DNA of 44,384 nt from Patescibacteria group bacterium (GCA_036170735.1 JAVHPT010000028.1:1-44384); one strand, 5' to 3'. Shown: positions 33,469 to 44,300, counted from the first letter of the stretch. Notes: generated by a model from the letters alone, not told the origin. Made by a program: numbers and translations.

Positions 33469-34530
33469 CTAAATCGGATTAAAACTTGGACTATCCTCTA
33501 CTATAACAAGATATTTTTGATTGAAAGATATTTTTCAGCCAGCTATATCAAAGAGATCTGGATATCACTTTTCTGCAAGCTTACGATTAATATTTCAGAA
33601 TGTATTGGAGAGATATTTATATTCTCAGCTTTCCATATCTTCGAGATCCGAAAACTCTGGATCTTCGATAATATCTTGAAATGTAATATTTTTCTGATCT
33701 ATCTGATCAAACACAAAGTCTATGATTCTTGCTTGTTGGTTCTTAAATATAACTTCCACGCCATCAATCCAAAGAGTTTTATTTGCAAAATCATAGTAGA
33801 GCTTAACTACCTTTGCATCCTTAATAAGATCTATGCTTCCCATTATCTTTACTCGGAAAGATTTACGAATCTCATCATCATACGCCTGATCCTCAACAAA
33901 CTGATCTTTCTCTACTTCTCAAGAAAGAATAATAACTTCTCGTCTTTCGAGAAATAAGAGAAGTGGAAAGAAATCAAAGGTTTCTCAAAATTCTGCTTCT
34001 CGAACACTGAACCACTGATCCACAAATGCTTTCTTGTAGGTAGAGAGGTGATTAATCATTTCTTTTAACTGCACACTCACAGGATAAAGAATCTCTCTTG
34101 GGGAAGAGAAATTATTATGCCACCATCGAAGCAAATAGGTATCAATAATTTTATTGATCTTATCTATACGGATTTTTAGGTAGTAGATGCGTGTAATATA
34201 TCCTTCTGAAAGAGCGTGTCGGATATATCCCAATTCAGTCTGATCTGCATTAAAAATAGTAGTCTTCTCTGCTTCTCCATTGGTACTTCCCTCTGGTATG
34301 ATATAGGCAGTAATTTCTGTGATAATACCTGCTCGCATCAATAGTAATAATGAATCCAGAAAAATACAATCACTTCTCATATCTCCTAATTTTGGTAATA
34401 TGTGAGCTTCTCCAGAATTTATTCCATTTCATCCTCAGTTTTTACCTTTTGAATACTCTCTAAGATACCACATTAAATAAAGTGGATAACTCCTGAAGCA
34501 AAATATCTTTTTTTCTATTAATTTGTCCAT
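33469..34530 (-). CDS. Hypothetical protein, possible C-terminal winged-helix DNA-binding domain (303-353 aa)
   Basis: Track fragments 33625-33843 and 33985-34380 are in one frame, open from 34560 to TAG 33469-33471. The C-terminal ...QQARIIDFVFDQIDQKNITFQDII...NTFGNINRKLAEKGYPDLFDIAGGKISF resembles OmpR/PhoB-type winged helices. The start is ATG 34530 or 34380. Confidence 0.5.
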
Positions 34531-34823
34531 AAGGACAGGGTGAGTGGTAAGTGATTGTATTTATAATCATAGGGCAGAAAAACACAAGAGAGAGGCTTGC
34601 ATAAAAGAAGTTTTTGTATACTATACGGGGGCTAAAATGTCTCAGATTTTTATTCCAATTAATGGAAGTAAAGGGCGATTTATTATCGTCCAGCCCTTTT
34701 TCCTTTTCTTAATTGGAATCAGAGACGTTTTAGTGAACAGGACAAATAGGTCGCCCTTTTTTTCTTGTTTGCTAAAACTCTCCTGAAATATTCTAGCGTT
34801 ATTTACCCATAACGCTTTTTTAT

Positions 34824-35486
34824 ATGAAAACTTGTCCATATTGTTCCGAGCAGATTCAAGATTCTGCTAAAAAATGTAGGTTTTGTGGAGAATTTCTCTC
34901 AGAAACATTTTCTGATAATTCAGAAAAAATAACTTCCGAAACATATCCACAAAAAAACATAAAAAATAGCTGGAAAAAGACCTTTCATTGGACTTTTGGC
35001 ATCGGAGTAGCAGGAGTAATATCAGGTATCGCCAATATCTGAAAATGAACTGATGGGATGATTTCTTTCTATACTGGTATATGAGTAATTCTTGCTTCCA
35101 TAGGCTACTATTTTATTCAAAAAAGATATACAAGTGGTTGAAAATATTCAATATGAGAAGGAGCTATAGGGGCTTTACTTATTATTTCAACACTACCATT
35201 CTTTTCTGATAAGACTTTTTCAACAAATCCAATCCTATTTATAGGAATACCTCTTTTTCTTTCATACTATACTTACCCTTTCCTAAATAGAAAAATCACC
35301 AATAAGTGGTGACGAGTTTTTGCAAAAATATGAACAGTGATAGTGCTCTTATTTATAACAGGGATCATTGGAGTATATGCAATAAAGTTACTATGATGAA
35401 ACTCTGAATGAGCTCATAGTATGAATATAAAGGATCGAGCCGAATTTGAAGCGACTATGAAAGAAGTTGGTATACCTGTACGATAA
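34824..35486 (+). CDS. Zinc-ribbon domain membrane protein (220 aa)
   Basis: The N-terminus MKTCPYCSEQIQDSAKKCRFCGEF has CxxC...CxxC. The frame continues past TGA 35040-35042 through about 9 more TGA and 4-5 hydrophobic helices to TAA 35484-35486. Confidence 0.6.
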
Positions 35487-35509
35487 TTTTTATTCATTAC
35501 TTTTCTCTT

Positions 35510-35863
35510 ATGATACCTCAGGCATTTTACTGACTCTTATTATCCAGTTTTATAGGTTCTTACGCTATTTCCGCACTTACTTTCGCCCTCACGGGGTGAG
35601 AGCTACAGTTATGGTGGATCTTCATCTTTATCATAATTTTCCCTATTATCTGGAAAATAGGAAAAAAATACTTTCCACAGGAAAACAAAACAGAATGGAA
35701 TAAGATCAAGAAATGGTTTTGGTTAGCCATAATTTTTGGAAATATCCTTATGTTTCTTGTGATTCTTATTTGTCTTGCCATTGGATGAGACGCCCTTATG
35801 CAGAAATGAAAATACCCAATACCTACATCTGGAACTACTAACACTAATTTTGCTGACTTCTAA
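35510..35863 (+). CDS. Small membrane protein (117 aa)
   Basis: The frame from ATG 35510 to TAA 35861-35863 is open through 5 TGA. It has three hydrophobic segments (LLLSSFIGSYAISALTFAL, LWWIFIFIIIFPII, WFWLAIIFGNILMFLVILICLAI). Confidence 0.5.
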
Positions 35864-35905
35864 AACTATGGAAATTCTCGTTATTTTAGTATTTATCATC
35901 CTCGG

Positions 35906-36700
35906 ATGAGGATATTGGATCATCTCAGAAGAAAAAACCTCGCTATGAGCAAAAGAATGGAGAATATGGAGGATTTTCTTGCAGGAAGCTATAAATATTC
36001 CTTTGAAGTAGGAATGTCTGTCGATTGGCACAAGTTTTTTTCTCAAATCAATCCACAAAAGTCAGAAAAAGAAGTATCTGATTTTATAGAACCCTTTCGA
36101 AAAGATCCTGATAGTTTGCTATCTATCAATCAAATCGAATGGGAATTTAATACGGACAATATATACAACTTTTCCACACTAGGTAGAAAAATCTGGAGAC
36201 ATAATCAGCCAACAGAAGAAGTTCAAAAGAATGTATCCTATGAGTGACTCGGGTATCACGGAACACTTTTTTGAGATCAAAAGTCTTATGAAAAACATAT
36301 TCATCTTATTCAGGATTTTTTCCAGTATCAAAATATTCCTGAGGAAGTGACAACTAGTTTTCGTCCATTTCATTTTATCCTACACCCAGAACAGATAGGC
36401 TGGTATTCTCAGGAGAAGAGTATAGATCCACTTGAGACAAGCCTCCTAAGTAGGATGAGTGACGAAACTTTTTCAGAAATCCCATTTTGAACTTTTATTG
36501 TGACTTGTATAGAGCAAAGACATAACACCTTTGACCCAGATAAGATTATCAATAGAGTTCGTCAGAAGAGATCAGCATACACTTATGATATTTCATATTT
36601 TGATAAAATATGAGGTTTTCAGGATTCTTTTGAAATGAAATCAGGAGCAGTAAAGCTCTCAGTGCATATAGATTTCTTCAATGCAGATACGCCATTCTAA
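35906..36700 (+). CDS. Hypothetical protein (about 264 aa)
   Basis: Track ORF 35906-36247 continues in frame through 4 TGA to TAA 36698-36700. I recognised no family. The start is uncertain, because an overlapping 49-codon TM-like ORF begins at 35868. Confidence 0.5.
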
Positions 36701-37236
36701 TAATGGTGTTTTACTGCCTGTCTCGGTTTTCTGATATATTTCCCTGTACGAAAATCTGGATCTGTTTTCTGGAGTACATACATTGTAGCTTTTGGATCTC
36801 ACTTTTCCAAAAGAAGCACGAGAGACATATGAGCGAGATAGGATAACATATGTCTTTCTACAATTCGTGCAATTTCGTTGCGAAACTCGGGATTTTTCTT
36901 CTGGAAACGATAAAATCCAGCAGGTGAAAAACCGCATACAGGAGCTGTTTCCTCTATATTGAATCCTTCCGATAAAAGACAGAGGAATTTCGAGAGTTTT
37001 TCTGGAGTGATTTCACTCGGTCTCCCTGCTCAGTGAACAGGTGAGTATATGAAAGAATGTGTACTAAGAACAAGTTTATAGAAAGAGAGTTTGAGTCTTG
37101 CGAATTCCTCTTCTGAGATTTTAACTCTCTTCTTTTTCACTTTTGAGAAAGTAGGAAGTTTTCAGAAAATCTCTTCAAGATCCCTTCTTGGATCATCTGA
37201 GAAGATAGGATTCTCTAAAAAAGTGGGAATTATCAT
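36697..37236 (-). CDS. HTH DNA-binding protein resembling phage terminase small subunits (179 aa)
   Basis: The frame from ATG 37234-37236 to TAG 36697-36699 is open. The translation ...ITPEKLSKFLCLLSEGFNIEETAPVCGFSPAGFYRFQKKNPEFRNEIARIVE... matches the HTH pattern (G.s...a....Gis..tfy.W......F) seen in TerS-type proteins. Confidence 0.45.
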
Positions 37237-37252
37237 AGTTACTCTTTGGGTC

Positions 37253-37702
37253 TTACAGGTTCGCAACCGTACTATGTACCACTATGCCAGATTGAGCCAC
37301 CTTCTCAATATCCATCGGGAGACCCCGAAAAACTGCGTCATCAGATGGAGAATTTATATCAAGATAAGGACGCACAGCAATAAGAAGATATGATGCATTA
37401 TCAATCTGGTAATCTGCAAGAATCTCGGGGAATTTAATTTGCCCAAACTGTTTTCATTCTCACATAGAAAATACATAGTCTCGATATGAATCCCGTTTTT
37501 CTTCAGTATCAAATTTCAATACAAACCACATATTTGTTCCTCCTGTCGGAATAAGGGATATATTATTTATTACTGTAATGGGTTTATGGAGCATTTCTAC
37601 AGTTTCAAGGTATCAAAGTCACCCATCTATAATATTGTTTTTATATACTCAAAACTGTATATTATTGATTGTACGTGATTGTGGAGAATTGATTGTTGAC
37701 AT
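37253..37702 (-). CDS. Hypothetical protein (92-149 aa depending on start)
   Basis: The frame ends at TAA 37253-37255. Candidate starts are ATG 37702, 37591 and 37531. I recognised no family. Confidence 0.4.
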
Positions 37703-37721
37703 AGTGTTATTATTATACGAA

Positions 37722-39509
37722 TTATTTTGTTCTTGCAAAGTCGATTATATAGTAATTTCCATCCCTTCAGAGCATATAGTTTCCACCATTTGGATCTTTG
37801 ATGGAAATTGGCGGGTTTTGAGAAGATAGGAATTTTTCAAACCTGCCTATATCAGATGCTGACATATTTCGATAATCTCTCACTTTATCAATAAGATCAT
37901 TTCCATAGTTCTCTATAATACTCTGAAAGTTAGCATTATATTTCCTATCTAAGAATTCTCTCACTTGAAAATCATTCATCTGTTTTATCCATTCCAAATC
38001 AGTCATATCAAATCCACGTTGCTTACTTACTCGATCTATTACGGTAAGTGTATGGTAACTTTGTCACTCAACCTTTGTCATCTGTAGTACCTGTTTTCAA
38101 GCCAAGGTACTTTCTTGTAAAATGAAAGGTATCCTTATATTGATAGCATCTGGTGAGGATTTATACCATTCTGGCATAATCTGAGCTACACGACTATGAT
38201 TCACTACCTCACCATCAAGTTTATCAGCGGGTCAATTCCAATGAAATTCTGATCTCTCTTGTGCAATTTTGAGTACAAGGTTTGGATTGGTAGGATCTGT
38301 CACAATGATGGCATTATTTCCATACCCCAGAATTCTCTCACTTGATAATTCTCCAAGCTCATTTTTGTAATGAATCAGATCCTTGAATCTTTTATCTGCG
38401 TAGAGCTCTTCACTTGGAATATCTATATATTTTTTGATTTCTGGTGGAAAATCTGCAAGTGAACGGACTATTATTTTTTCGGGTACTCAATGATTGATTT
38501 TTTCTATATCTCCAACAGCCCCTATCTGTCCCTTAAGTCGAGAACTTGCCTCTACTCCATCCTTTGATCATACAAGAATCGGTACAGATGCGATTGCGAG
38601 TGCTTCTTTCGCTCGTTCTTTGGTGGCTGTGATAACTTTCTGTGCACCATCTGAGAGTTTTTCTATTCACTCAGAAATAGCCCTTCGAGCAGGTTCAGTC
38701 ATCTTTTGTACTTGTGGCATATTTCAGATAGCTTCACTTCCAGCCTTCACTCCATCTTTTATAACTCATCATACCTTCTTCACTCCTGCTTCAACTGCAT
38801 TATATGGGGCTTGTACCACTTTTCCTACTCATTCGGTGGCTCGTCATCCTATTTGAAGTCACCCAGATAGTACAGTGTTCTTTCCTGCATTTACCGCCAC
38901 TCGTTCTCCTGCTTGGATTGCTCACTTTCAGACTCTCTTCAAGACAAAACCTCACGCCCCAGATCATACGGTTATGAGTCCAAGTTCTCAGAGTGATTTT
39001 CCTGTCTTATAGGCATCGCCAGAAAATACTCCCATTACACTTTTTCAGAGTCATTCAGCAATCTGTTTGAGTCATTCCCAAGAAAAAATCTGAGCAATCA
39101 TATCTTCCAAAATCGCTCACTTCGTCTCTATAATCTTCAGAGCAAGCTCACTATTTTCTATGATGATGGAATCTATAATTCCTTTGATAAACTTTTCCTT
39201 TGTTCCGTTTCTATCTGTCTCTGGATGAATATCCACAAAGGCATATATCTCTTTTTGCATTTTCGCAACTCACTCATCTTCAGAAAGCTTTATAGGATTT
39301 AAATCTCGGACTCTTTCGTATTCTGTATCTCAAAGCAGTTTCCGAAGAAGTGGCTCTGTCTTAGGATTCTTCTTTATTTCTTCTGTCAGTGTATGCGGAT
39401 TTTCTTGGGCAAGTTTCAAATATTTCTCAGATTGTCTCTGAGATTCATTTTGTTTTATGGCTTCGGGATTGTCAGGAGGCAATGATCGCCTATCGAGAGA
39501 TTCGGACAT
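37722..39509 (-). CDS. Gly-rich protein with C-terminal protein-kinase-like (APH/ChoK-type) fold candidate (595 aa)
   Basis: One frame is open from ATG 39507-39509 to TAA 37722-37724 with about 24 TGA. The central part reads GSGAGGFVLKRVGKGAIQAGERVAVNAGKNTVLSGGLQIGGRATEGVGKVV...VKKVGGVIKDGVKAGSEAIGN. The C-terminal part has ILGYGNNAIIV (G-loop-like), LVLKIA (beta3 Lys), ISIKDPNGGNYML (D-x4-N catalytic loop) and NYYIIDFARTK-stop (DFG-like). Track ORF 37767-38006 is its tail. Confidence 0.55.
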
Positions 39510-39542
39510 AGAGTATTGATATTTGTTTTGTATTTGATCGGA

Positions 39543-39827
39543 CTATAAACCTGCAAGGAGTGTATCTATAGTAGCATTTTCTGATTTTCGTGTACCTGCC
39601 TCTTCCGTTTGTATCAGAAATTTTCGAAATAAGATATTTTCTATTTCGAGCTTTCATTTCTCAGTATCTATTTTTTGCATTCCACCCCATAGTATAGCTG
39701 TAAGTTCAGCAATTTGCTCTGACGAAATATCTCCACTTTCGATTCTTTTTCGAATGAGCGAAGCATATTCCCAGTCTTTCCCAAGAGAATCGAGAATTTC
39801 TATGAGTGGCGACACATTTGTACTCAT
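39543..39827 (-). CDS. Small hypothetical protein (94 aa)
   Basis: The frame from ATG 39825-39827 to TAG 39543-39545 is open with one TGA. It lies 33 nt upstream of the next gene in the same orientation. Confidence 0.45.
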
Positions 39828-39865
39828 AGAAAAAGTGTAGCAGAATACCTCAGAAAAGGCAAAAA

Positions 39866-40495
39866 CTATACCTTTTTACTATTTTCAATCTTTTTAAGGC
39901 ATCTTACTATGCGTTTTTCTCAATCACACCACCATCATTGTTCCAATGCTCTATTACATAGATCAACTACTTCTTGATACTTTTCTTGCTTTTCGAGAAT
40001 GATTGCAAGTTGCTCATAGCCTGTATGAGTAGGGAGATCTGAATCAGCGTACTCTTCTTTGAAAGCAATTTTTGCTTTTGGGGCAATAGCAATTTGTTGA
40101 CGACACGCCTCAACCGCTTTATCAAAGGCAAAGCTATCTATATTTCTAAAACGATAAAAAGTTTCCACTTTGCTATGATAAAAGAAATGGATATCTAAAA
40201 TAGGAATTTCAGGAGTTATCATCTGCTCTCATTTTTCGAGCATTCGATAAGCAATTGATCTATCCTCTTCTTTTCGAAACCATCACGAGAGAGCAGAAAA
40301 GAGGCTCACGGCATTTTCAGAAGTCCAAGAAAGATCCCCTTCGATGAGATCTTTTCCGTCTCATCAAAGTGGGCTAAATACTTCTATGATATGATTCCTC
40401 TCATTCTCAGAAAAAGTGGATAACCACCAATCAGCCAATCATAGATATCCAATCGTTCCTTTTATTTGTGGTTGTTTCTTGAAAAAATTAAACAT
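39866..40495 (-). CDS. Hypothetical protein with TPR-like C-terminal helix pair (209 aa)
   Basis: From ATG 40493-40495 (MFNFFKKQPQIKG...) the frame passes through 6 TGA to TAG 39866-39868. The C-terminus is ...GYEQLAIILEKQEKYQEVVDLCNRALEQGWWCDGEKRIVRCLKKIE. Confidence 0.5.
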
Positions 40496-40557
40496 AGTTG
40501 AAAAGTTATATACGAGTCCATTATAGGAAAGTTTATAAAAATACCACTTTCAGTGAA

Positions 40558-40923
40558 CTAACTAACCTCCTGCATTACTAAAGTATCAATAGAATCTTTT
40601 CATACCTCTTCAAGATAGCTCTGTACAGGACTTTTCTGCCTTTTTTCAATTGCAAAAGCCTTCTGGATTTCAAACTCTTTTACTTCGCTTGGGGATAAAA
40701 GCTCACAATATGTTCTCCAGAGATTTCCATACTGAGTGGTTTTTACTCTATGGTAAAGGGCTAGTGAGAATGTAACCTTCGCTTGGGAGTATCACCATTT
40801 GTCATAAAATCGAACTTTTTCGGATTTCGGTCCGAAAATACAAAAACTGCCCTCTGCGATGAAGGCGGTTTTTTTGTGTAATGGCTTTGGGATGTAGAAG
40901 TAAAATTTCAGCTTTAGTGCCAC
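40558..40923 (-). CDS. Possible first gene of the minus-strand cargo operon (121 aa, GTG start only)
   Basis: The frame is open from 40941 to TAG 40558-40560, and the C-terminal half looks protein-like (QYGNLWRTYCELLSPSEVKEFEIQKAFAIEKRQ). However, it has no ATG and spans two strong hairpins. Confidence 0.25.
40847..40875 (+). terminator. Terminator-like hairpin plus T7 run, about 145 nt upstream of the sigma factor gene
   Basis: CTGCCCTC-tgcgat-GAAGGCGG forms 7 of 8 pairs and is followed by TTTTTTT. A second hairpin, TTTTCGGA-tttcgg-TCCGAAAA, is at 40817-40838. Confidence 0.35.
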
Positions 40924-41020
40924 GGAGGAGGTAAAGAAACTTTAGCGGTGTTGGGAAAGTCTCCAGCTTGCTATGAATAATTCTGAATAAAAATTCTCGC
41001 ATTTTCCGTATTCTCATATA

Positions 41021-41614
41021 ATGACAGGGGTTTTTACCATGTTTTCATTTATGGATATACGTTCGCTCATACAAGAGATTAACCAAAATCCCGATGCTTT
41101 CGGGGAAATTATCGATGCGTACGAAGGAAAGCTTATTCGGTATATCATGGGTATTTCGGATACTTCCTACGAGGATGCGGAGAATATTCTGCAGGAGGTA
41201 TTTTTGAGGGCTTACAGGCATATAAATGAATATGACTTAAAATGGAGTTTCTCAAGTTGGATATACAGAATCGCTCACAATACGACGGTGGACGAGTTTC
41301 GGAAAAACAAGAAAGACATATGAAACATATCCATCGACGATGAAGCCTATTCCGCCATTATTCAGTCTATCACGGACGGGAATTCTCCAGAGAAGGACCT
41401 CGTGAAGAAAGATATGAAAGACTGTGTCCAAAACGCGATTTCCCATCTCTCGGGCGAATATCGCGAAGCGATAATGCTCCGATGCATAGAAGGGTATTCC
41501 TACGAGGAAATCTCCGATATACTGCGTATGCCGACCGGGACAGTCAGCACGCTCGTCAATCGTGCCCGGAAACAGTTCCGAATCCTTCTGGAAAAATTCC
41601 ATTGTAATCACTAA
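41021..41614 (+). CDS. ECF-type RNA polymerase sigma-70 factor (about 197 aa)
   Basis: Track ORFs 41021-41323 and 41402-41614 are in one frame joined through TGA 41321-41323. Region 2 is LQEVFLRAYRHINEYDLKWSFSSWIYRIAHNTTVDEFRK. Region 4 is LSGEYREAIMLRCIEGYSYEEISDILRMPTGTVSTLVNRARKQF. The start may be an internal ATG (41039 or 41051). Confidence 0.85.
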
Positions 41615-41625
41615 TCCGTTTCCCT

Positions 41626-42345
41626 ATGAAATCAACTACCGCAAAAGATTCCGTTCTTTCCCAGATACAAAAAGAACACCTCCGTCCTATTCCGAGGATA
41701 TATTTTCAAGTGGCACGTATCATTCTCTGGAGCATTATCGCCAGTATCCTCTTTGTCGCCATATTTTTCGGACTCTTTCTATTGAATGATGCAACGGATC
41801 TCTTTCGTCTGGGGCGATACGGTACCGACGGCATGATCCCGTCTTTGTTCCCGAGCTTCTTTTGGGGTGTTCTCTTCCTGTCTTTTATACTCATCGGAAT
41901 ATTTTCCTTCCGCAAAACCACGAACGGATACCGATATACGATTCTGAAAAATTGTATAATCTTCTTGGGAATAGTTCTCCTCGGAGTCGGAATTTTCCGG
42001 TTCCTCGGAGTTGGGCCTCTTATGCACGCCTACCTTGCGGAAAATATCCCATTCCTTTCCGATACGGTCTATCGAATGTCCTCATGGAACGAACCGGAGA
42101 ATGGACGAATCGCCGGAACGATTCAATCTCGCGACACAGATAGTATTCTCTTACAAAGTCTGGATGGAAAAACCTGGAAAATATATATCGCGACTGCCTC
42201 TCGCGGAGAGTTGGTAAAAATAGAAATGGGAGAAAAAGTGAGAATTTTCGGTACTATGAAATCGACCGATTCTTTCGAAGCGGATCGTATTTTCCCATGG
42301 TTCGGACAAGGAGGAAAAAAAAGATTTTTTCAATTTTTTGAATAA
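41626..42345 (+). CDS. Membrane protein, candidate anti-sigma factor (239 aa)
   Basis: The ORF is intact and starts 12 nt after the sigma gene. It has several TM helices followed by a soluble C-terminal beta-rich domain. The anti-sigma assignment rests on position only. Confidence 0.45.
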   Translation: MKSTTAKDSVLSQIQKEHLRPIPRIYFQVARIILWSIIASILFVAIFFGLFLLNDATDLFRLGRYGTDGMIPSLFPSFFWGVLFLSFILIGIFSFRKTTNGYRYTILKNCIIFLGIVLLGVGIFRFLGVGPLMHAYLAENIPFLSDTVYRMSSWNEPENGRIAGTIQSRDTDSILLQSLDGKTWKIYIATASRGELVKIEMGEKVRIFGTMKSTDSFEADRIFPWFGQGGKKRFFQFFE

Positions 42346-42425
42346 AATTTAAAGAGGGTTTCGTATAAAGAAGTGAGCAAAGGAAAAAAACCTTTCTCAT
42401 GATTTACTTCTTTATTTTAAAATAT

Positions 42426-43244
42426 ATGAAAACCAAAACTTTTATAATTTCTGGTATAGTAGCTGGATGACTTCTTATTAGCACCGTCTTCGTGACATTT
42501 GCTACAGGGTACAACAGATTCTGAACCATGGTGAATGGCAAAAATACGCAAGCGATTCATTATAATTCTGGTTCAGTTCAATCACACTCAGAATTACTGG
42601 CAAGTATTCCTACATCCCCCTTATCCGAGGCGGAGAAACTCGCACTTTCCTACGGATACAGCGAAGAAATGGTCGCACGGGACGCGTATAATTATTTCTA
42701 TTCTCTCTACAAGATCGAGACTTTCCAGAGAATCGCAACTTCCGAACAACAACATATGGACGCGGTAAAAACACTTCTGGATCGATATTCTCTCCCTATC
42801 CCAACCGGATACGGAACACTAGAGAGCACATTTGATACACTCAAAGCCGAAGGGGAAAAATGAGCGAAAGAAGCTCTGGAAGTCGGACTCAAGATCGAGA
42901 TGCTCGATATCGACGATATCGCGAATACTATCAAAAATACCGATAACGATGATCTAAAAGCAGTATTTCTCAATATCGGAGGAGCTTCCTACAACCACCT
43001 CCATGGGTTCTCTAAAGGACTTTTCACTAACGGTTACACTCAAACAGTCGATATTTCGAAATACCTCTCAAATGAAGAATTATCGAGCAAAGGGCCACTC
43101 CAATACAAGCTTGCCGATACACTTACAAAAGAGGGTGTAAAACTTCCTGAAATATCCGCATCAATGAACAAGGATCAATGAGTAGGACATAAGGGAAACG
43201 GCGGACAAGGGCAACACGGAAACTCTCGTGAATATAAGCAATAA
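42426..43244 (+). CDS. DUF2202-like ferritin-fold protein with N-terminal TM/signal helix (272 aa)
   Basis: Track ORFs 42528-42863 and 42900-43181 are in one frame from ATG 42426 to TAA 43242-43244. The translation LSEAEKLALSYGYSEEMVARDAYNYFYSLYKIETFQRIATSEQQHMDAVKTLLDRY...ALEVGLKIEMLDIDDI matches the DUF2202 pattern. Confidence 0.65.
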
Positions 43245-43316
43245 TTTATCAGAAGAATAGGTGAGATAATATACCCTCGCCTATTTCTTCTTTCTATCTC
43301 ATAACTTTTATCTTCT

Positions 43317-44216
43317 ATGAAAAATCTTGCAAATCTTTGACTTATAGATCGATTCGTTCGATTAATACTTGCCGAAGCACTATTTATCGGGGCATTTTTC
43401 TGGACATTCTGAGTTCTGCAATTCGTCGGGTATACCCTTGTGGGAATATTACTCATAACGGGTATATCAGGGTTCTGTCCGCTCTATAGCTTGCTCAAAA
43501 TACGAACCGATAGTACTGTTTCCAGGACACGTCCATGACTCATAACTTTTATGATTATCGTCCTCGTCGGAACTCCTATTGCCGGAGTGTATGCGAGCGT
43601 ATTTTTCACAAAAAAAATCTTCATCGAAGATTACAATATAATGAATCAATATTACAAGCAGACGTTGTTTTATTCTGGAAAAGAAAAACGAGATGAAACC
43701 ATATCGAATTATGAGTTACTCATCCCGAATTTTGCTCAGTTTCAGCAGAAGTATTCCAAATATCGTCCCTATGTACTGCGAGAGGATACTCAATTTGGAA
43801 GCGATATAGAGAAAGCCCAATCTCTCATCCTCACGCTCGATACGGCGGTACATACTGGAGATCTCATTGCGACACACAAGACACTCGAACAAGTTCGTCC
43901 TATATTTCAAGATATTTTAAAACGAAATGGATTTTCCATGCTCGCCGTGGCACTGGTAGATTTTCATGACTCTATGGAAAAAGTTATCGATGCTGCAGAC
44001 AAAAAAGACTCTCTTCTACTGCTTGAAACCTACAAAGAAGCAGATGAGAAACTCAAGGCGGTCGAGACGGAAGTAAATGACACGGAAATTGTTCAGATAC
44101 GCACGAATCTCGAAAAACTCAAGAGTTCCGCGGAGGCTGGAAAAAATGATATCCTCTCCGAACAAGCCCAAGAATTGAAGGCAAGTTTTGTAAAAGTGTA
44201 TCTGAAACGTGGATAG
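43317..44216 (+). CDS. DUF2892 (YgaP-like) membrane domain fused to a helical C-terminal domain (299 aa)
   Basis: From ATG 43317 the translation is MKNLANLGLIDRFVRLILAEALFIGAFFWTFGVLQFVGYTLVGILLITGISGFCPLYSLLKI, which follows the DUF2892 pattern. It continues in frame through 3 TGA into track ORF 43551-44216. Confidence 0.6.
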
Positions 44217-44270
44217 TGGGTAGGTAAAAAAATGTCTGACGAAGTTGGATGAGCCACCATTTGCATATAG

Positions 44271-44300
44271 AAAGTCCCGTCCGAAAAGATGGGACTTTTA
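44271..44300 (+). terminator. Terminator-like hairpin after the last gene
   Basis: AAAGTCCC (44271-44278) pairs with GGGACTTT (44291-44298) and is followed by T-A-T. The T tail is weak. Confidence 0.3.

Larger units (their letters stand above)
31469..40495. mobile_element. Putative integrated element next to tRNA-Lys (serine recombinase plus about 7 kb of orphan cargo); right boundary not defined
   Basis: A recombinase gene abuts and overlaps a tRNA gene. It is followed by AT-rich, mostly family-less genes, including a terminase-small-subunit-like HTH protein. I found no long direct repeat of the tRNA 3' end, as expected for serine recombinases. Confidence 0.4.

Noticed and set aside
40802-41017. 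71-aa minus ORF (MRIRKMREFLFRIIHSK...) directly abutting the sigma factor start
   Set aside because: Its start would be 4 nt from the divergent sigma gene start, leaving no promoter space. The sequence is basic and low-complexity with no family resemblance.
31511-41020. Search for a direct repeat of the tRNA-Lys 3' end marking the far end of the integrated element
   Set aside because: I found no copy of GTTCGAGCCCCGCCATTCCCACCA or a substantial part of it by eye. Serine recombinases need only a short core, so the absence is uninformative and the right boundary stays undefined.
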